A stretch of 21,344 nt of DNA from Bdellovibrionia bacterium (lineage in GTDB: Bacteria; Bdellovibrionota; UBA1018). The position numbers and the translations under genes were made by a program. Positions 16,996-21,344 of the stretch are shown in pieces (positions within the stretch are counted from its first letter, which is position 1; every line of letters begins with the position of its first letter). Location of the stretch: contig JBJMMA010000026.1 in assembly GCA_045805065.1 (NCBI GenBank), forward strand, positions 1 to 21,344, in the 5' to 3' direction. Under the pieces are notes generated by a model, which had not been told where the DNA came from, ran no database searches, and saw nothing but the letters and a program-made list of their open reading frames with translations.

Positions 16996-17864
16996 TCCTG
17001 ATTCTGACACTGGTGGCAACGGCCTCTGCAGCTGAAGATTCGGCTGAATCCTGCCGCGAGTGTCACAAAAGCCAGTATACCGAATGGACAGGATCAAGAC
17101 ATCACGCTGCTTATGACAACCCGATCTTTCAGAGGGGTCATCGCAGGGATCCAATTCTGCGCTGTATAACCTGCCACACGCCGACGGATGAGCAACGAGG
17201 TGCTATCGAGGAACATCAGGACACTCCGCTCATTCACGAGGGGGTCACTTGCGTCAGCTGCCACTTGGATGGACATTCCAGCGGCTCGAAATATCTAAAG
17301 GAGCCTGAACTGTGCGCACGTTGTCATCAGTTCAAGTTTCTTCGCGGAGGCGAGTTCGCCCAGCGTACCTACTCTGAATGGCAAGCCTACCGAAAACAAG
17401 GTGGCACAAAAACATGCCAGGACTGCCACATGCCCGGCGGATCACACTCATTCTTAGGTGGGCACTCATTGAAGAAGCTGAGAAAAGCCCTTCAGATCCG
17501 TTGGTCAAAGAATTCGGAGGCCGCTGTTGTCTGGATCAAGAACGTAGGCGCGGGTCATGACGTTCCAACCGGAGATGTCTTTCGAGAATTAAAAGTAGAA
17601 GTGAAAGAACGAGGAAAAAGCTTTTATAAACCGGTTACTTCAATAGGCCGAAATCCTTTCTTCCGGTCAGTCAACGGTGACTCGGTCCTAGCGTGGAAAA
17701 ACAACAATGCGCTTCGGCCTGGGGAAGAGCGCAAAATTCTGATCAAGGTGAAGCATCCGGTGAGCGTGCGGGTCATCTACTACTATGAGGGACGAATACC
17801 CGAACTTGATCTCCTCGATGGCGATCAGCTAGCCCATTTAGTTGTCGCCGAGAAAAAGTACTGA
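16956..17864 (+). CDS. Exported multiheme c-type cytochrome (5 CXXCH, c554-like N-terminus)
   Basis: Signal peptide (ILILTLVATASA). Heme motifs CRECH, CITCH, CVSCH, CARCH and CQDCH. Y.EW..S.H follows heme 1, and the C-terminal region carries NVGAGHDVPTGD..R. Start is GTG 16956 or TTG 16971. Confidence 0.9.
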   Translation: MGRNPLGRFGASLILILTLVATASAAEDSAESCRECHKSQYTEWTGSRHHAAYDNPIFQRGHRRDPILRCITCHTPTDEQRGAIEEHQDTPLIHEGVTCVSCHLDGHSSGSKYLKEPELCARCHQFKFLRGGEFAQRTYSEWQAYRKQGGTKTCQDCHMPGGSHSFLGGHSLKKLRKALQIRWSKNSEAAVVWIKNVGAGHDVPTGDVFRELKVEVKERGKSFYKPVTSIGRNPFFRSVNGDSVLAWKNNNALRPGEERKILIKVKHPVSVRVIYYYEGRIPELDLLDGDQLAHLVVAEKKY

Positions 17865-18203
17865 CTAAAGCGTCCTGATCATCACTCCTGAAATCCCAGT
17901 ACGGCCCGTGAACGAATTCATCTTGGACACACGCGTGCTAATCACCGCATTAGCACCATGAGAGGCTGCTTTTTCACGTAATAGGTCATAAGCAGCTTTT
18001 GCTTCGCCCAGAGTATCCACAGCGATGCTTCCGATAACTTCGTAACGGATCTTAAGGGTATCGCTTGCGTAGACCTTCACGTCTTGAGCAGGAACTCGTG
18101 AATAGCTCTTAGCTCCATCTTGAATGTAGACGGGAGCAAAAGAACAACCGCTCAGAACAGCCAACATTCCGATCCACGCAGATTTGTAGTGAGAGCTTTT
18201 CAT
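17865..18203 (-). CDS. YbjQ/UPF0145-like (putative heavy-metal-binding fold) lipoprotein
   Basis: Lipobox LSGC and the pattern YEVIGSI...LREKAASHGANAVI...GISGVMIR. Confidence 0.7.
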   Translation of the reverse strand: MKSSHYKSAWIGMLAVLSGCSFAPVYIQDGAKSYSRVPAQDVKVYASDTLKIRYEVIGSIAVDTLGEAKAAYDLLREKAASHGANAVISTRVSKMNSFTGRTGISGVMIRTL

Positions 18204-18571
18204 TACTGTTGATCTCCAAAACGCACTGCGAGTCCTGTTGCGCGAACTGAGGCTTCCCAGAATCCTTCATTGACCTCAAGCCTCAGGCCAACCACAGCAT
18301 CTGCACCGATAAGACTTGCTTGATTGCGAAGCTCTTTGATTGCCTGACTCGAGTCATTTCCACCGTCAGCGTTAGCGACGACTGCACCGATGGTCTCGTA
18401 CGGTCTGCCAATATTGCTTGTTGAATAGATCTTAATTTCTGAGGGACTTGTCTTTGCCGGGCTTCGTGAGGAGTCCGCAGTCCGGAGATGTCCGCCGGTA
18501 GAGCAGCTACTCAGCAGAAGGATTCCCAATGCAGCAACAAATCGAATATTTCCATCTATTCTTGAAGTCAT
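18203..18571 (-). CDS. YbjQ/UPF0145-like lipoprotein, paralog of the downstream gene
   Basis: Lipobox LSSC and the pattern RPYETIGAV...AIKELRNQASLIGADAVVGLR...ATGLAVR. TAATG overlap with the next gene. Start uncertain (ATG 18571, ATG 18595 or ORF start 18607). Confidence 0.72.
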   Translation of the reverse strand: MTSRIDGNIRFVAALGILLLSSCSTGGHLRTADSSRSPAKTSPSEIKIYSTSNIGRPYETIGAVVANADGGNDSSQAIKELRNQASLIGADAVVGLRLEVNEGFWEASVRATGLAVRFGDQQ

Positions 18572-18626
18572 GTTTGAGATTCTGAGTTCGAACATGCTTT
18601 CAGTCAAACCTTTTGTCCCATTCAGG

Positions 18627-19061
18627 TCAAACCACCCACTGGCTCAACAAGACTTTCATCAACAGTAAAGATCGAACACTCCAAAAAACCGTTCTGAACC
18701 AATTGGTCGCAACGAGTCGTCGCCAAACGGACTCAGTGAACCCTGATTCGAGCTGACTATGGCAAGGCACGCTGAATGCGGCGGTCGCACCCCAGACTAA
18801 TAGCAGTAAACCGAGATTGATCCAAAGTTCTGGAGTGCGGCTGCTCCAAAGGAGCATTCCTGCCGAAATGAGATCGGCAGGCATCAAAACACCTACGATC
18901 CAAGTGATCCGCTTCTCATGGAAACGCTGAAACTCAACGAACCGAGCCCGGTCAATATAAACAAAACTTGGATAATGAACGAGCTGCATCACCCAGATCA
19001 GGCCCGTCAGACTGAAGCAGGAAAAGAGTTGGACTATCCACCAGAGCTTGGAATCGGTCAT
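18627..19061 (-). CDS. Conserved integral membrane protein (about 4 TM)
   Basis: Hydrophobic segments with motifs LTGLIWVMQLVHYPSF, F.RFHEKRIT, SVPCHSQL and RLVATNWFRTVFW. ATGA overlap with the upstream gene. Confidence 0.8.
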   Translation of the reverse strand: MTDSKLWWIVQLFSCFSLTGLIWVMQLVHYPSFVYIDRARFVEFQRFHEKRITWIVGVLMPADLISAGMLLWSSRTPELWINLGLLLLVWGATAAFSVPCHSQLESGFTESVWRRLVATNWFRTVFWSVRSLLLMKVLLSQWVV

Positions 19062-19543
19062 TTCTCTCGTCTCTTATGCGCGGCTTCGACTGCGGCTTGA
19101 ATTCTTTTCTCACGTGTCTCGGGTTTTGCCGCCTCATCAATGCGTCTTAAGATAAAACTTTTTTGTCCATTAGGCACAGCCTCAAAATCCTTCAGCACTC
19201 CTTCGGCTTTCAGGGCACTCATCAAGTCCTTGGGAATGGAGACCTCAGCAGTCCGATCGCGAACCGTAATCTGAACCCGGACGCGATCCCCTTCCTTGAT
19301 CTTTGTCGCCTTACGGATCTCGGCTTTGACTCGAATATTATGCCGTCCTCCTCCGACTGGATACAGACTGATGAGAAAAGGCTTCGAATTATTGACCGTG
19401 GCCATGACTGGAACAGGCCCCTTCGTTCCCAGGGCCAAGGTAATCTTGGCTGGGACGGGGATCCCAAAATACTCCAGTTCATCCGAGATGCGTTCTAATT
19501 TGGACTGAAACGAAAGCTGCTTTTCTGCTGGAGGACGTTTCAT
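19058..19543 (-). CDS. DUF1905 plus YdeI/OmdA-associated domain protein
   Basis: GPVPVMATVN...SLYPVGGGRHNIRVKAEIRK..IKEGDRVRV is DUF1905-like. IPKDLMSAL...IDEAAKPETREKRI is OmdA-like. Confidence 0.85.
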   Translation of the reverse strand: MKRPPAEKQLSFQSKLERISDELEYFGIPVPAKITLALGTKGPVPVMATVNNSKPFLISLYPVGGGRHNIRVKAEIRKATKIKEGDRVRVQITVRDRTAEVSIPKDLMSALKAEGVLKDFEAVPNGQKSFILRRIDEAAKPETREKRIQAAVEAAHKRREK

Positions 19544-20298
19544 AGAGTTTTAGCTTTCTTTGCCACCCATTTACGAAACTCAGAATTGACATCATCAATT
19601 CCACAAAAAGTGCCTAGATACTTTTCAAGCTTCTTTCCAACCGAAAGCTGCAAAAGCTGATCAAGCGAACAATGAGACGCAATCATTTCAACGAGCGCTT
19701 GTGATGCCTGATAGTGATAGCGCGCACCATTGGTTGCGACACCCATGAATGGATGATTGAGCGTCAGCACATCAATGGAAGGCTGAGTTGCAAGCCAGGC
19801 GTAGTCAACACTCCAATGAGATTGATCCAAAGCGGCTTTTCCTTTTTTCACCAAAGGCTGATGGTTAGAAAGAGAGTTAGCAAGCCCTTCCTCAAGCCAC
19901 TTTGGAACAGCGCCTTTATACTTCTGAAAAAGAATCACGTGCACAAGCTCATGTCCAAAAACGGACTCAAAATTAGTTTCAGACACACGTGGGCCAAGAT
20001 GAACGGAATTATCGCTCTTTCGGGAAAACGCCAGCACGCTGTCATCGTAGCCATGAGTTTGCCGAAACTCCTGCTGATCCAGATGCCAGACCAGTCGAAC
20101 TTTTCGAATATCCCACTCCAGCTTCGATTGAATCCGCTCGACTACGCGGTTCACTAGCGCTGGCTTGAGCCACGCTGGAGCATCATCGCAACGGACTTCA
20201 TTGGTATCGACGACTGCGGCGCGAGCCTGGGTCATGACCAAGCCAACGAGCAAGAAAAACAAGTGGCGCTTTACACCCAGCGCTTGAGCTCTTATCAT
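19540..20298 (-). CDS. Secreted zincin metallopeptidase-like protein (peptidase MA clan)
   Basis: Signal peptide ending ARA. HEXXH motif GHELVH followed by PKWLEEGLA, which supplies the gluzincin third ligand. Confidence 0.8.
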   Translation of the reverse strand: MIRAQALGVKRHLFFLLVGLVMTQARAAVVDTNEVRCDDAPAWLKPALVNRVVERIQSKLEWDIRKVRLVWHLDQQEFRQTHGYDDSVLAFSRKSDNSVHLGPRVSETNFESVFGHELVHVILFQKYKGAVPKWLEEGLANSLSNHQPLVKKGKAALDQSHWSVDYAWLATQPSIDVLTLNHPFMGVATNGARYHYQASQALVEMIASHCSLDQLLQLSVGKKLEKYLGTFCGIDDVNSEFRKWVAKKAKTL

Positions 20299-20314
20299 AA
20301 ATCAAGAATAGCAA

Positions 20315-20378
20315 CTGTACTGAATCTGATACACCGATATCTTCATCTCGACTTCAAAATGACCTGATTTCAGTACAG
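20315..20378. repeat. Perfect 10-bp inverted repeat with a 44-nt spacer
   Basis: CTGTACTGAA (20315-20324) and TTCAGTACAG (20369-20378) in the divergent intergenic region. Confidence 0.7.
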
Positions 20379-20396
20379 ATTACAGCGAAAACTCTG

Positions 20397-20412
20397 CGGC
20401 ACGGTCCTTGCT
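20397..20412 (+). promoter_or_regulatory. Sigma54 (RpoN) -24/-12 promoter
   Basis: CGGCACGGTCCTTGCT matches YGGCACG-N4-TTGCW with exact GG-N10-GC spacing, about 40 nt upstream of the beta-barrel gene start. Confidence 0.7.
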
Positions 20413-20454
20413 GTTTTGACCTCACATTACAAAAAACAAGGAGCACCTGTCTTG

Positions 20455-20967
20455 ATGATTCGATCTAAGATTTCCGTCCTCGCACTCTTGGTTCTTACAA
20501 TGAGCTCACTGGCTCATGCCTCCCACTCCACTGAATCATCCAAGCCTTCAGGCGAAGGAGGAAACATTGGCATCGGCGCGATGTTTGGCGACCCGACAGG
20601 CGTTGATCTCAAATACTGGCTTGAGAGCACGCGCGCTCTTCACTTTGGCCTGGCTTATTCGTTTGATCACTACGGCGAGTTGATGGGGAATTATCTTTTT
20701 GAGTTTCCGAATGCGTTCAAAGGAAAAGAAGGAGCGCAATTTGTTCCGTATGTCGGGATCGGCGCGGCGTTTTTCTTTGGAACAGACAACGATTTTCACG
20801 GTCACAACGATAGCGCCGCACTGGGGATGCGAATCCCTCTCGGGGTTGAGTTTCTTCCGCATGGAGCGCCTATTGGAATCACCGCTGAAATCGCGCCTGG
20901 CATTGGGTTGATTCCTAGCACTTTTGGATTTATCCAAGGATACGTTGGCGCGCGGCTTTACTTTTAA
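20455..20967 (+). CDS. Small outer-membrane beta-barrel protein (DUF3996-like)
   Basis: SD AAGGAG, signal peptide ending AHA, GIGAMFGDPTGVDLKYW, PYVGIG, GMRIPLGVEF, and a terminal amphipathic strand ending RLYF. Confidence 0.82.
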   Translation: MIRSKISVLALLVLTMSSLAHASHSTESSKPSGEGGNIGIGAMFGDPTGVDLKYWLESTRALHFGLAYSFDHYGELMGNYLFEFPNAFKGKEGAQFVPYVGIGAAFFFGTDNDFHGHNDSAALGMRIPLGVEFLPHGAPIGITAEIAPGIGLIPSTFGFIQGYVGARLYF

Positions 20968-21021
20968 GCTCAGCATCAATTGTTGCCACAGGGTCCTAGC
21001 TTTGCATATCAGACATGCATC

Positions 21022-21344
21022 GTGAACTCGGATCTCATTGTTTTGTCACACTTGCGTTGGGATTTTGTCTATCAACGACCGCAGCACCTTCTGACGCGAT
21101 TTGCTAAGCAGTGTCGTGTTTTCTACATTGAGGAACCCTGGATTGAAGGCGAGCAGCCCAGACTCGAGATTATGGTTCGAGAAAACGGGGTTCGTCGAGT
21201 AGTGCCTTTTTTTCCACCGGGTCTGACAGAGGAAGAGACGAATGCCATTCTGAAGACGCTGATTGATCAACTGATCACTCAGCATTCACTGCGGGAGTAT
21301 GCGCTTTGGTATTACACACCTATGGCGCTTCCCTTCACAAAACA
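21022..21344 (+). CDS. Glycosyltransferase, 5' part, truncated by the window end
   Basis: The open frame reads DLIVLSHLRWDFVYQRPQHLLTRFAK..RVFYIEEP...LWYYTPMALPF, the N-terminus of a GT family often linked to UDP-galactopyranose mutase. Absent from the ORF track because there is no stop in the window. Start is GTG 21022 or TTG 20980/20983. Confidence 0.85.
   Translation, partial: MNSDLIVLSHLRWDFVYQRPQHLLTRFAKQCRVFYIEEPWIEGEQPRLEIMVRENGVRRVVPFFPPGLTEEETNAILKTLIDQLITQHSLREYALWYYTPMALPFTK

Noticed and set aside
20416..20454. Longer TTG start for the beta-barrel gene
   Set aside because: It would precede the predicted sigma54 TSS, and the SD AAGGAG supports TTG 20452 or ATG 20455.
21046..21285. 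79-aa minus-strand ORF at the window end
   Set aside because: The plus strand encodes a clear glycosyltransferase N-terminus over the same bases.
15200..21344. tRNA-anchored genomic island or prophage
   Set aside because: Gene content changes after the tRNA, but I saw no integrase, phage gene or duplicated tRNA 3' end in the window. An att site beyond the window cannot be excluded.
1..21344. CRISPR arrays, tandem repeats, IS elements, riboswitches
   Set aside because: None recognised by eye. Intergenic spaces are short and show no regularly spaced direct repeats.

Overview
Bacterial chromosomal window whose gene order and content suggest a Bdellovibrionota or deltaproteobacteria-like organism (inference). 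The first ~15.2 kb is mostly core genome on the minus strand. It holds a tilS-ftsH-cdaA(dacA)-cdaR(ybbR)-glmM-pdxJ-nnr-tsaE run and an Rrf2(iscR-like)-iscS-mnmA-like-mtaB operon, plus two plus-strand hypothetical genes and a tRNA with a CAT anticodon divergent from tilS. The last ~6 kb is accessory-looking. It holds a secreted protein with a 'KPVIYLYP...EWGG'-type domain of unknown function overlapping a five-heme c-type cytochrome, and a five-gene minus-strand unit (HEXXH zincin, DUF1905/OmdA-like, membrane protein, two YbjQ-like lipoproteins). It ends with a small outer-membrane beta-barrel gene behind a sigma54-like promoter and the 5' part of a glycosyltransferase. The most unusual signals are (i) an MnmA homolog with many substituted signature residues but an intact Cys triad, encoded behind a cysteine-free IscR-like regulator and joined to mtaB by a G9 tract, and (ii) the unknown-domain protein plus multiheme cytochrome pair. 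No integrase, transposase or CRISPR array was seen. All family calls come from motif recognition by eye, not from database searches.
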